This document shows positions 37,249-46,964 of a stretch of DNA of 64,000 bases, piece by piece (positions within the stretch are counted from its first letter, which is position 1; every line of letters begins with the position of its first letter). The notes under the pieces were generated by a model. That model had not been told where the DNA came from. It made no database searches and was given only the letters and a program-made list of their open reading frames with translations. The position numbers were made by a program, and so were the translations under genes. The DNA is from Planctomycetota bacterium (GTDB lineage: Bacteria > Planctomycetota > PLA2 > JAEUHO01): assembly GCA_050248855.1 (NCBI GenBank), contig JBFWRP010000002.1:96001-160000 (forward strand). The letters run 5' to 3'.

Positions 37249-37387
37249 TCCCGGTCGGGACACTTCGGCCCTCCATCTGAGTGGATCGCGTCGATTGTTA
37301 CCGATAGGTACAATTCGGTGGGATTCTGGCGTTCCGTGGTCTCCGATTCCCGATCGGGAAAGCGGCAGATCGTGAACCCGGGCAGGA
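37249..37387 (+). promoter_or_regulatory. Array of probable HipB operators
   Basis: TCCCGGTCGGGA (37249), TACCGATAGGTA (37299), TTCCCGATCGGGAA (37347), ACCCGGGCAGGA (37376). Confidence 0.65.
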
Positions 37388-37399
37388 AACGAGCGGCCT

Positions 37400-37630
37400 A
37401 TGCACGTCCAGCGATCTCCCCTCACCTCGGCGGCGGACATCGGCCGGCTCGTGCGCGAGACGCGCAAGCGGCAAGGTCTGACCCAGACGGACTTGGCCGT
37501 CGCGAGCGGAACGGGCGTGCGCTTCGTCGTGGATGTGGAGAAGGGCAAGGAGACGGCGCAGCTCGGGAAGGTGCTGCGCGTCCTGAAGATGCTCGGGCTC
37601 GTCCTCGAGGCTCGCGGGAGCGATGCGTGA
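37400..37630 (+). CDS. hipB: HipB-like XRE antitoxin
   Basis: IGRLVRETRKRQGLTQTDLA...VEKGKET.QLGKVL. Confidence 0.88.
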   Translation: MHVQRSPLTSAADIGRLVRETRKRQGLTQTDLAVASGTGVRFVVDVEKGKETAQLGKVLRVLKMLGLVLEARGSDA

Positions 37631-39207
37631 GACGCCTCCATGTCTGCATGGATGGGAAGGTCGTCGGCGTTCTCGAGCAGAGCCCGCACGGTCGCCTGCA
37701 GTTCACCTACGACGCCGCGTGGACGGCCCTTCCGGGCGTACGTCCGATCTCGCTGAGCCTCCCGTTCGCGGGTTCGCCTTTCGACGATGCCGATGTCAGG
37801 TCGTTCTTCGCGGGCTACTTGCCGGATGACCCCGAGGCGCTGCGCTTGATCGGTGAGCGCTTTGGGGTCTCCAGTGGCAGCCTGTTCGGTCTGCTCGCAG
37901 CTGTCGGTCGCGATTGCGCGGGGGCACTCGCCGTGACGGCGCCCGACGAGGCATGTCCCAACGACGCGGATCGCGATCCTGCCTTCTCGATCCTGGATGT
38001 CGCGGCGTTGGCCGACGTGCTGGAGGAGCTCGCACGCCGTCCCCTGCTCGCTGGCCCCGACCGCCTGCGACTGTCCCTTGCGGGCGTGCAGAGCAAGACC
38101 GGCGTGTACGTGACCGAGGCCGGGGACATCGCCCTTCCGGTCGATGCGTATCCGACCACGCATATCCTCAAGCCCGAGCCCCATGGCGACTTCCCGGATC
38201 TCGCCTTGCTGGAACATGCCTGCTTGGAGATGGCGCGCGAGCTGGGCCTGCCCGCGGTGCGCAGCCGGATCGGGCAGGCCGGTGGCAGGAGGTACCTGTT
38301 GGTGGAGCGCTACGACCGCATCCGCGGTCCGGGTGGGCGCGTTCGGCGTCTGCATCAAGAGGACTTCTGTCAGGCGCTCGGCGTCCCCGGCTCCAGCAAG
38401 TATGAGCAAGACGGAGGCCCTGGCCTCGCGGCATGCTTCGCGCTCTGCGATCGTCTCTCCGTGCCAGGCCGTCAACGCCTGCGCCTGTTGGATGCCGTCC
38501 TGTTCAACTTCCTGGTCGGCAACGCCGACGCCCACGCAAAGAACTTCTCCGTGCTGTACACGGAGGCCGGATCCGAGCTCGCCCCGCTCTACGACTTGGT
38601 TTCGACGCTCGTGTACGAGGCCGACCCGCAGATGCGCATGAACACGGACATGGCGATGCGCATCGGCCGGCGCTACGACGCGCGCCTCGTCTTGCCGAGC
38701 GACTGGCAGCATCTGGCTAGCGCGACGGGGTTCCGCTGGACCGCCATGCGCGACCGCCTCGAGGACATGTCGCGGCGTCTTCCCGCTGCCGCGATCCATG
38801 TCGAACGTGCCCTGGTCGCGGGTGCGGCGGCGACGCCACTCCTCCACCGCGCCATCGACCTGCTCCTGGCGCGGTGCGAGCACGTGCGCGAGTCGCATGG
38901 ACTCGATCCGGTCGCCGTCGAGGCGCTTCCTGCGCGGATGCGGGATGGCGCGGGCCAGGTGATCGAGCCGATCCTGGAGCTCCGCCATCGCTTCGACCGC
39001 AAGGTGCGCGAGCGGTTGGGGACATGGGCGGAGGAGCGACGGCGCGCACGGCTCGCGGGGTTGATGGACGAGGTCGCGAGGCTGCGGATGCTGCACGATG
39101 CCGTCGCACGGGCCCATGCCGCGTGGACGGCTGGCACGGCGAGCGCCGAGCAGCGCGATCTGCTGCGTCAGCAGCTCGGGGCCCTGCCCGATGACGCGGT
39201 GTCGTAG
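37627..39207 (+). CDS. hipA: HipA kinase toxin with C-terminal extension
   Basis: GTGA coupling; ISLSLP, SLAGVQSK, HILKP, VERYDR, HQEDFCQALG, GNADAHAKNFS, LAPLYDL. Confidence 0.93.
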   Translation: MRRLHVCMDGKVVGVLEQSPHGRLQFTYDAAWTALPGVRPISLSLPFAGSPFDDADVRSFFAGYLPDDPEALRLIGERFGVSSGSLFGLLAAVGRDCAGALAVTAPDEACPNDADRDPAFSILDVAALADVLEELARRPLLAGPDRLRLSLAGVQSKTGVYVTEAGDIALPVDAYPTTHILKPEPHGDFPDLALLEHACLEMARELGLPAVRSRIGQAGGRRYLLVERYDRIRGPGGRVRRLHQEDFCQALGVPGSSKYEQDGGPGLAACFALCDRLSVPGRQRLRLLDAVLFNFLVGNADAHAKNFSVLYTEAGSELAPLYDLVSTLVYEADPQMRMNTDMAMRIGRRYDARLVLPSDWQHLASATGFRWTAMRDRLEDMSRRLPAAAIHVERALVAGAAATPLLHRAIDLLLARCEHVRESHGLDPVAVEALPARMRDGAGQVIEPILELRHRFDRKVRERLGTWAEERRRARLAGLMDEVARLRMLHDAVARAHAAWTAGTASAEQRDLLRQQLGALPDDAVS

Positions 39208-39241
39208 AGTCGGACTCGAGCATCCGCAGGAGGAGCCCGCC

Positions 39242-40315
39242 ATGCGCGTCTGTTCGATCGTCGTCGTGCTCTGGTTCTTGACCTTTCTCGGCGGAGGATC
39301 CGCCCGCGCCGACGACTGGCCCTACCCGCCGGGGCGCTCGTCGCCGGTCATCGAGGGGCTCACCGTCGAACTGGACCTGCCGCGGGAGCTGTCCAGGGAG
39401 AAGCCGGCATCGATGGTCGTGATCCTGCATGGGGCGGGAGGCACCGCCACGGGCATGGCCGGGTCGCTGAGGGAGTGGACGGGGCTCGGCTACGTCATCT
39501 GCGCGCCCAAGTCGACGGCGCAGACGTGGTCCGCGCCCGACATCCAGGCGGTCAAGCGCATCGCCGAGCACTTGAAGAGCGTGCTCCCGATCGACCCGGC
39601 CAAGGTGCACGTCGTCGGCTTCTCCAACGGCGGCTGGAACCTCGACCCGCTCGCCTTCGACGACACGCTCCATCCGTGCAGCGCCACGTGGGTCGCGGCG
39701 GGGTGTCGCACCGGCAGTGCGCCGAAGTGGGCCAAGAAGGACCTGGGCGTCGTGGCGCTGGCCGGCAGCGAAGACGCCAACGCCAAATCCGCGGCCGAGA
39801 CGGTGAAGCTTCTCGAGGGCAAGGTGCGGTCCGTCGAGGCGCGCTTCCAGCCGGGGCTCGGGCACTCGTGGCCCGAGCAGCTGATGCCGTTCCTGAAATG
39901 GTGGCACGGTGTGATGGAGGGGCGGTTCACGCCCGGCTACGACCTGAACTTCGACTGGGGCGACAGCATCGAGGCGGCTGTCCAGTCGCTCGCCGACCAG
40001 AAGAAAGGTGGCGTGATCGTGTACGCCTGGGCCGCCGAGGACCAGGACAAGCCGCACGCCCAGGAGCTCTCGAACGAGATCCTGATGGACCCGCTCGTGC
40101 GCCACTACGGCAACCAGCTGAAGGCCGTGAAGCTGGACCGCAGCACGTGTGCGGATGCGCTGGCGGCCCTGGGCGTGACCGAGACGCCCGCCCTCGTCGT
40201 GCTCGACAGGAAAGGCGAGGTCGACAAGGTCCTGCAAGGGGAGAAGGCCTTCAAGGCCAAGTCGGTTGCGTCGGCGTTCAAGGCCGTAGCGCCGAACAAG
40301 AAGAAGCCGGAGTAG
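39242..40315 (+). CDS. Secreted alpha/beta-hydrolase (esterase-like) with thioredoxin-like C-terminal domain
   Basis: Signal peptide; LHGAGG, GFSNGG nucleophile elbow, GSED, GHSW; AGGAGG RBS. Confidence 0.8.
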   Translation: MRVCSIVVVLWFLTFLGGGSARADDWPYPPGRSSPVIEGLTVELDLPRELSREKPASMVVILHGAGGTATGMAGSLREWTGLGYVICAPKSTAQTWSAPDIQAVKRIAEHLKSVLPIDPAKVHVVGFSNGGWNLDPLAFDDTLHPCSATWVAAGCRTGSAPKWAKKDLGVVALAGSEDANAKSAAETVKLLEGKVRSVEARFQPGLGHSWPEQLMPFLKWWHGVMEGRFTPGYDLNFDWGDSIEAAVQSLADQKKGGVIVYAWAAEDQDKPHAQELSNEILMDPLVRHYGNQLKAVKLDRSTCADALAALGVTETPALVVLDRKGEVDKVLQGEKAFKAKSVASAFKAVAPNKKKPE

Positions 40316-40319
40316 GGGC

Positions 40320-40424
40320 CTACTGGGGCGCGTCGACGGGCGTACCGAGGGTCAGCAGGGCGTAGGTGACGGCGGCAGCCAGGAACGCGATGACCAGGAC
40401 GGTCAGGAACATCTTGAGGGTCAT
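40320..40424 (-). CDS. Possible 34-aa single-TM peptide
   Basis: MTLKMFLTVLVIAFLAAAVTYALLTLG...; GGAG upstream. Confidence 0.35.
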   Translation of the reverse strand: MTLKMFLTVLVIAFLAAAVTYALLTLGTPVDAPQ

Positions 40425-40455
40425 GGGGAGACTCCGAGGGGATAGTGGGCGGGGA

Positions 40456-41250
40456 TCAGCCCCCGCGCTTGCGGGCTCGCACGTTGGCGCCGTGAGGGCC
40501 GACCTTGGGGTGGACCTCCGCGGACACCGACGTGCCGGCAAAGCAATCGAAGCGCTCGGTCAGCTCGATGTCCTCGAAGCCGAGTACCGCGAGCAAGGTC
40601 AGGAGCTCTGCCTCCGGCAGAGCGCCGGCAATTCAGGCGGCCCAGAGCCGCGGCTCCATCCGCTCGTGTTCGTGCAGGTCGTGATGGAGCAGCACGTCGG
40701 CCAGATGCAGTCGGCCGCCGGGCTTGAGCACGCGGTGGATCTCGGAGAACGCGCGCACCTTGTCCACGACGAGGTTGAGCACGCCGTTGGTCTGCACGAG
40801 ATCGACGCTGGACGAACCAAGCGGCAGCTCCTCGGCGAGGCCCGGTCGCACGTCCACGCGGGGCGCGAGGCCCAGCGCCCGTGCACCTTCGCGCGCACGC
40901 ATGCGCATCGTGGGTGTGGGGTCCACGCCGATCACCCGGCCGTGGGGCCCGAGGCGCTGCGCCGTGAGCAGCAGGTCGGTGCCCGTGCCGCAGCCGATGT
41001 CGAGGACGGTGGCGTCGGGATCGGGGATGCCCAGCCGATGCGGGTTGCCCACGCCCACGAAGGCACGGGTCGCGCTGGCCGGTAGCGTGGCGAGCTCGGC
41101 GGCGTCGTAGCCCAGCAGCGTCGCGGCGTACGCGGCGCCGTGGTTGAGATGTCCGACGCTCGTGGGGTCGGCTGCCAGGCGTTCATAGGTGTCGCGGACT
41201 GCCCGGCGCATGCGCGCCACGTCGAATCCGGGGGGACCGATCAGGGCCAT
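40456..41250 (-). CDS. ArsM-like SAM methyltransferase, probable selenoprotein (UGA at 40635-40633)
   Basis: VGNP, VLDIGCGTGTD, NGVLNL, RVLKPGG; frame continues LWAA-UGA-IAGAL...GFEDIE...RFDCF to a stop at 40456; GGAGG RBS. Confidence 0.8.
40605..40623 (-). promoter_or_regulatory. Bacterial SECIS-like hairpin
   Basis: GCUCUGCC-GGA-GGCAGAGC, stem follows a 9-nt spacer 3' of the UGA, loop G at +18. Confidence 0.7.
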
Positions 41251-41316
41251 GGGGTGGCACCTCCAAGCGAGGTAACCCCCGGTTCCTTGGGTCTGGGGAC
41301 AGGCGAACCGCCGGGA

Positions 41317-44300
41317 TCAGGAGAGCGCGTCGCGAAGGAGGGCCACCCGGGTGGCCAGCCGTTCGCGAAGGGCCTTCGGCGCGCGGGCCACGTGGGCTTC
41401 GGCCAGCTGCCGCACGGCGGCGGGGAGGCGTTCGTCGTCGCTCCGCCGAGCCAGCTCGATGCCGAGGCGCAGGCGCGCGAGTGCGGGCAGCAGGGCCGCG
41501 TCGCGCTCCCACGCGATCCCCGCCCGCTGGAGGTTGCCGCCGAGCAGGAGGTCCAGCCAGAGACCGGCCTCGGCCACCACCGCCGGCAGCGGCGCGCGCT
41601 CGGCCAACGTCAGCGCCTCCTCCAGATGCGCCCGCGCCTCCTCGGGGCGACCGCAGCGCACGAGAAGGCCGCCAACCCGCACGGCGAGCAGCGCGCGCTG
41701 CAGGTCGAGGCCGCGGCGGCGCGTCTCGTCCAGGACCGCGGCATAGCCCGTCAGCGCGCCTTCCGCATCGCCGCGCGCATCGAGCAGCCCGGCGGCGGCC
41801 TGGGCGAGGTAGGCGCGCTCGCGGGGCACGCCGGCCCGCGCGGCGGCATCGTGCCCTTGCTCAAGCAGGGCTTCGGCCTCCTCGAAGGCACCCGTCCACG
41901 CGAACACGTTGGCCAGTGCCGGCACGACGCGCGCCACGATGGCCGGCAGCGGAACGCGCCCGATGAGCTCGCGTCCGCGCGCGGCGGTCTCCCACGCGGC
42001 GGCGACGTCGCCGAGAATCGACGTCGTCAGCGCGTGGGGAACCGTCAAGAGGGCGGCGATCTCCGGGTACCCGGAGCGCAATGCCACCCCGAGCGCGTGC
42101 TCGGTCTGCTCGCGCGCTTCGGCCACGCGCCCCAGGTTGAGCGCGGCTTGTACGATGCCCAGGTCGCTGCCGAGTGCCAGCCGCAGGTTGCCCAGCTCGC
42201 GGGCCAGGTCGCGCGAGCGCAGCAAGAGGCGCTCGGCCGTGGCAATGTCGCCTTGGAGGTTGGCCAGCTTGGCGAGCACCGCCGTCACGTACTGCTCCGC
42301 GGGCCGGTCGCCGTGGAGGTGCGTGATGGAGAGCGCGAGCTCCGCGAGGGGGCGAGCGTCCGCGTAGCGGCCCGACTCCACGTAGATCGCGGCGAGGATC
42401 ATCGCCGTGTGGCCGACCTGCGCCGCCGCGCCCGCCTCCCGCGCGATGTCGAGCGCGCGCTGCCCCGTCGCGAAGGCTTCCTCGTGGCGCCCCAGGTTGT
42501 AGTGCGACGTCGCGTGCGACGTCAGGGCCCGGGCCAGGCGCAACGGATCACCCGCCGCCTCGGCCAGCTCGGCGGCCTCGGTACTGATCTGCGCGCCCTC
42601 GGCGTGGCGCCCGGTGTGGCTGATGGCGGCGCCCAGGTGCTGCAGCACGTCCAGCTCGAGGATCCGATCGCCGACCTCGCGCGCCTCTCTTCGAGCCTGC
42701 TCGAGCTGCTGCACGATCTCGGTCGGGGGCGCGTGGCCATCCAGCGCCCGGCCCAGCTGGAAGCGCAGATGGGCGCGCAGCGACGCGGGCGCCTCGGGCA
42801 GGGCATCGAGGGCGCCGCGGGCCATGCGGGCCGCGCGCCGTCCCTCGGCAAGCTCCATCAGGTACTCGAGGCCGGCCAGGACGTAGGGGGCGGCGCGTTC
42901 GGGCGTGTCGCCGAGCAGGTGATGGCGGGCCAGCGCGTAGGCGAGGGCCCCGCTCGGCGCCGTGTCGGGGGGCAGGTGCCGCTCGGTCGCGGCGGCCAAC
43001 GCGCCGTGGTAGCCGGCGCGAAGCGCAGGCGGGATCTCGCCTTGCAGCACTTCTTGCACGAGATGGTGGTGGAAGCGGTAGCCCGCACCCTCGACCACGA
43101 GAAGACCGCGACTGCGCTCGAGACGATGCAGGGCCCGGAGGCCCGTGAGGCGGGGGAGCCCCGACGCTTCGCACACGACGACGGGATCGAAGCGGTAGCC
43201 GCAGCATGCAGCCACGGCGAGCAGGTCACGGTCGGCCTCGTCGAGCGTGGCCAGACGGGCCTCGACGAGCTCGCGCACGGAGCGGGGCACGTCGAGGTCG
43301 GGATCGCCGACTGCGCCGGTGCATGCACGCTCTCGCAGGCTGCGCGCGAACTCGAGGATGTAGTAGGGGTTCCCGTCGGAGAGGCGGAGCAGGGCGCGTG
43401 CGGCATCCGCCGGGGGCGTCGTCGGGCCCATCGCGTGGGCGAGAAGCTGCGCCGCCGCCTCGTCGCCGAGCGGAGGTACGTCGAGCACGGTCACGTGCGG
43501 CAGCGGGCGTAGGGCCTCGAGCAGGGCATCGCCCGCCCCCGGGCGCAACGTCCCGACGAGCAGGACGGCATCGTCCGCGAACGCATGCGCTTGCCGGCGG
43601 AACAGGTCGCGGCCCTCGTCCGAGGCGAAGTGCAGGTCCTCCACCACGAGAACCACGGGCTGCTCGCGGGCCAGCTCGTGCACGTGCCCGACGATCGAGG
43701 GCACCGGACCCACCGCACCCACGCCGGGCGCGTGGCCCGTGGCCAGGACGGCCGCGCCCGGGGAGGGGCCTTCGATCGTGTCGAGCCAGGCCTCGAGCAA
43801 GCGGCTCTTGCCCATGCCGGCCTCGCCGCGCAGGAGCAGGACGCGGCCCGTACCGGCCCGTACGTCCGCCCACACGGCATCGAGGATCGCGCGTTCGGCC
43901 TCGCGACCGGCGAACGCGACCGGAGCGTCGACGGCCCGCACGCGTCGGCCCTCCGTCGGCGGGCGACGCTCCCGCCACCACGGGTCGTCCTCGCCGACGC
44001 GCAGCCAGCGGGCGACATCCGCGGCACTGCTCGGCCGACGCGAAACATCGGGCTCGAGCAGCGTGGCGAGCACGGCTTCCAGGAACGGCGTGGCGTGCGG
44101 GACGACCTGGCGCAGCGGGCGCGGGCGACGCGTGGCCACCTTCCACGCCAGCACCGAGCCTGCCTCGTTCACCTCGGCGTGCTGCCCCGCCACCAGCTCG
44201 TAGAGCACCAGGCCCAACGCGTAGAGGTCGGCGCGGGCGTCCACGCGCCCTCCCCGCACCTGCTCGGGGGCCGCGTAGAGGAGCGAACCGACGAACTCGC

Positions 44301-45024
44301 CCGTCTGCGTGATGCGTTGGGTCTCCTCCCGCACGAGCGCAATGCCCAGGTCGGCGAGCTTGACCCGCTCGTCGGGAGTGAGGATGACGTTCTCGGGCTT
44401 GACGTCGCGATGCACGATGCCCGCGTCGTGGATCACGGCGAGGGCTTCCGCCACGGCGGCACCGATTTCGCGGACCAACCGTTCGCTGACGCCGCCGGTC
44501 TCGTCCAGCAGATCCCGCAGCGTCTCGCCCTCGACGTACTCGAGAAGCACGTACGGCAGCTCGTCGCCGTCGACTTCCGCCACGCCGGAGGCCAGCGTGC
44601 GCACGATGCCCTCGTGCTCGACGCGCTGGCCGGCCTCGATCTCGCGCAGGAAGCGTGCGAGGAAGCCGCTCCGCTCCAGCAGGTGGGGGTGCACGACCTT
44701 GAGCGCCCGGCGCTCCCCCGCGGCGTCGGTCACCTCGTAGACCCGGCCCATGCCGCCGCGGCCCAGCTCGCGCCGTACGGGGTACGGGCCGATCGACCTC
44801 GGTACGTCGTCGCGTCGGGACGAGGACGTGACAGCGCCAGGCGGGCCCTTGAGGCCCTCCATCATGGCCAGGACGGGGAAGAGGTCGGCGATGCGCTCGG
44901 CCAGGTCCGGGTGCCCGGCGGCGTACGCCTCGGGCGTGACGCTCTCGCCCGCACGCAGCCGTCGGACGTAGTCCTCGGCCAGCTCGTCGATCAGCTCGGG
45001 TTCGTCGCCGGCCACGCGGGCCAT
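41317..45024 (-). CDS. Hanks-type Ser/Thr kinase - AAA ATPase - TPR protein
   Basis: LGRGGMG.VY, ALK, HRDVKPEN, DLGIA, YAAPEQ; GEAGMGKS, VEDLH, DGNP; TPR-like C-terminus. Confidence 0.92.
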   Translation of the reverse strand: MARVAGDEPELIDELAEDYVRRLRAGESVTPEAYAAGHPDLAERIADLFPVLAMMEGLKGPPGAVTSSSRRDDVPRSIGPYPVRRELGRGGMGRVYEVTDAAGERRALKVVHPHLLERSGFLARFLREIEAGQRVEHEGIVRTLASGVAEVDGDELPYVLLEYVEGETLRDLLDETGGVSERLVREIGAAVAEALAVIHDAGIVHRDVKPENVILTPDERVKLADLGIALVREETQRITQTGEFVGSLLYAAPEQVRGGRVDARADLYALGLVLYELVAGQHAEVNEAGSVLAWKVATRRPRPLRQVVPHATPFLEAVLATLLEPDVSRRPSSAADVARWLRVGEDDPWWRERRPPTEGRRVRAVDAPVAFAGREAERAILDAVWADVRAGTGRVLLLRGEAGMGKSRLLEAWLDTIEGPSPGAAVLATGHAPGVGAVGPVPSIVGHVHELAREQPVVLVVEDLHFASDEGRDLFRRQAHAFADDAVLLVGTLRPGAGDALLEALRPLPHVTVLDVPPLGDEAAAQLLAHAMGPTTPPADAARALLRLSDGNPYYILEFARSLRERACTGAVGDPDLDVPRSVRELVEARLATLDEADRDLLAVAACCGYRFDPVVVCEASGLPRLTGLRALHRLERSRGLLVVEGAGYRFHHHLVQEVLQGEIPPALRAGYHGALAAATERHLPPDTAPSGALAYALARHHLLGDTPERAAPYVLAGLEYLMELAEGRRAARMARGALDALPEAPASLRAHLRFQLGRALDGHAPPTEIVQQLEQARREAREVGDRILELDVLQHLGAAISHTGRHAEGAQISTEAAELAEAAGDPLRLARALTSHATSHYNLGRHEEAFATGQRALDIAREAGAAAQVGHTAMILAAIYVESGRYADARPLAELALSITHLHGDRPAEQYVTAVLAKLANLQGDIATAERLLLRSRDLARELGNLRLALGSDLGIVQAALNLGRVAEAREQTEHALGVALRSGYPEIAALLTVPHALTTSILGDVAAAWETAARGRELIGRVPLPAIVARVVPALANVFAWTGAFEEAEALLEQGHDAAARAGVPRERAYLAQAAAGLLDARGDAEGALTGYAAVLDETRRRGLDLQRALLAVRVGGLLVRCGRPEEARAHLEEALTLAERAPLPAVVAEAGLWLDLLLGGNLQRAGIAWERDAALLPALARLRLGIELARRSDDERLPAAVRQLAEAHVARAPKALRERLATRVALLRDALS

Positions 45025-45086
45025 GGAAGCTGCGGGGCGGATCGATCGCAAGCGCCGACGCGCAGGCAATCGCGTATGCTCCCCGC

Positions 45087-45734
45087 GTGGACGGCGAGCG
45101 CACCCCGGACCCGGACCTGTCGCACTTGCAGCAAGCCGGGGAGGACCGGGCCGCGCGGCAGGCGCGCTTGGGCGAGCTCTTCGAGAAGCATCGCGCCCGT
45201 CTCGTGAAGATGATCCAGCTGCGCATGGACCCCGCGCTCAAGGCGCGTCTGGGCGCCTCGGACGTCTTGCAGGAGGCCTACCTCGAGATCGCCGAGCGCA
45301 TCGACGACTACCTCGACGATCCGAAGATGACGTTCTTCCTGTGGATCCGCTTCATCACGGCGCAGCGCCTGCTCAAGCTCTACCGCTTCCATGCCGGCGC
45401 CAAGAAGCGGGACATGCGGCGCGAGCTGCGCGTGGCACCTTCCGTGGGGCCGGATGCGACATCGATCGCCTTGGTGGACCACTTGGTGGCGTCCGGCGTC
45501 ACGCCCAGCGGCGTCATGGCCCAGGGGGAGATGCAGGGCGCCCTGCTCCAGGCCTTGGAGAGTCTGGAACCCATCGACCGCGAAGTGCTGGCCCTCCGGC
45601 ACTTCGAGGAGCTCGACAACGCCGAGGTGGCGCGCGTGCTCGAGATCCCCCCGAACACCGCGAGCAAGCGCTACGTGCGCGCGCTCGAGCGCCTGGCCAA
45701 GGTCGTCCAGGGCGGAGCCTTGGGCGCTCGTTGA
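45087..45734 (+). CDS. ECF sigma factor (planctomycete-type, kinase-associated)
   Basis: LFEKHRARL, ASDVLQEAY, FFLWIR, KRD..RE, DREVLALRHFEEL.NAEVA, KRYVRAL. Confidence 0.92.
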   Translation: MDGERTPDPDLSHLQQAGEDRAARQARLGELFEKHRARLVKMIQLRMDPALKARLGASDVLQEAYLEIAERIDDYLDDPKMTFFLWIRFITAQRLLKLYRFHAGAKKRDMRRELRVAPSVGPDATSIALVDHLVASGVTPSGVMAQGEMQGALLQALESLEPIDREVLALRHFEELDNAEVARVLEIPPNTASKRYVRALERLAKVVQGGALGAR

Positions 45735-45840
45735 TGCGGGACGTCAGGCGCCAAGCCCCCGTCCCCGCCTTGCCCGCGGTCTGCCGGGCGCCGATGCTCC
45801 ATGGCGGGCGGGCCGTCGTTCCGTCCGGCTCGGAGCAAGC

Positions 45841-46605
45841 ATGGGCAACGTGTTGAAGATCCTGGGTCTCGTGTTCCTGGTCCTGATCGTGGGGTTCGTC
45901 GGGCTCCTCGTGTGGTCGCACGGGAAGGGCGAGTCCACCCAGGAGCGGTTCTATGCCGCCGTGGACAGCGGCGACCCGCAGCAGGTGCTCGCGCTGTTCG
46001 ACCCGCTCCTGGTGGAGAAGGTGGACGCACCCGTGCTGGCGCTCTGGATGAAGGCCGTTCACGACCACCTGGGCCGCTTCAAGGGCTTGGCCAAGAGCAA
46101 GTTCTCGACGTCCTCGTCCACGGAGAACGGGCACGACCGGCTCGAGAGCTCCGGCCGGATCGAGTTCGAGAAGGGCGAGGGCGAAAGCAAGCTCGTGTTC
46201 CTCGACGACAAGGTCATCGCCTTCGAGCTGCGCGCCGAGGCCCTGCCCCAACCGTGGTTCACGCAGGCGCCCGACCTGGCGCTCTACAAGGAGCGCGCCG
46301 AGGTGCTGCTACGCGCCCTGCTCGCCGGTGAGCGCGAGCTGGCGTTGCGCACGATGCACGAGAACCTGCGCAAGCAGGTCGAGGGAGGGCCGGGTTTCGA
46401 CGGCGCCGAGCGCCTGGGCGATCAAGTCGGCGAGATCTCCGACATGACCGTGGTGGAGGAGAGCTTCTCGGCCGAGGGCACGCCGTCGCTGGACCTGCGC
46501 TACACGATCCTGGGCGCGAAGGGCCGCGCGATCGGCCGCGTCGGCTTCCAGTTCACGCCGTGGCGCGGCGAGCTCGTCTCGTTCGACGTGAAGCCCGCCC
46601 CGTAG
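45841..46605 (+). CDS. Membrane-anchored hypothetical protein
   Basis: N-terminal TM, GGAG RBS, genome-like codon usage. Confidence 0.7.
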   Translation: MGNVLKILGLVFLVLIVGFVGLLVWSHGKGESTQERFYAAVDSGDPQQVLALFDPLLVEKVDAPVLALWMKAVHDHLGRFKGLAKSKFSTSSSTENGHDRLESSGRIEFEKGEGESKLVFLDDKVIAFELRAEALPQPWFTQAPDLALYKERAEVLLRALLAGERELALRTMHENLRKQVEGGPGFDGAERLGDQVGEISDMTVVEESFSAEGTPSLDLRYTILGAKGRAIGRVGFQFTPWRGELVSFDVKPAP

Positions 46606-46706
46606 CGTGGCCGCGCGGCGACAGGGGACCGGGTCGCGCGTAGCCTGGGGACGCGCGGCCTGACCGGCCGAGCGGGTCGGTGCCCGCCGCGTGCGAGGAG
46701 CGCGCC

Positions 46707-46952
46707 ATGGGCTCGATCGAAGCGTGGACCCGGTTCTTCGGCTGGTGCACGGTCCTGAACCTGGGCATGTACCTGGTCTCGGTGGTGGCCGTGCTGACGA
46801 TGCGCGGGTTCGTCGTCCGGCGCAACGTGCGGTGGTTTGGTGTCGGCGAAGACGAGGTGTTGCGCACGACGTTCCGCTGGATCGCGGCCTACAAGCTCGC
46901 GATCGTCGTCCTGGCCTTCGTGCCGTGGCTGGCGCTCACACTGATGGCGTGA
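46707..46952 (+). CDS. Small membrane protein (DUF6868-like)
   Basis: FFGWCTVLN...YKLAIVV...VPWLAL; GAGGAG RBS. Confidence 0.7.
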   Translation: MGSIEAWTRFFGWCTVLNLGMYLVSVVAVLTMRGFVVRRNVRWFGVGEDEVLRTTFRWIAAYKLAIVVLAFVPWLALTLMA

Positions 46953-46964
46953 CGCACGCTCGAT

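Noticed and set aside
40633..41250. 205-aa truncated methyltransferase or pseudogene
   Set aside because: Family-like sequence continues past the UGA, which sits at a Cys position and is followed by a SECIS-like hairpin
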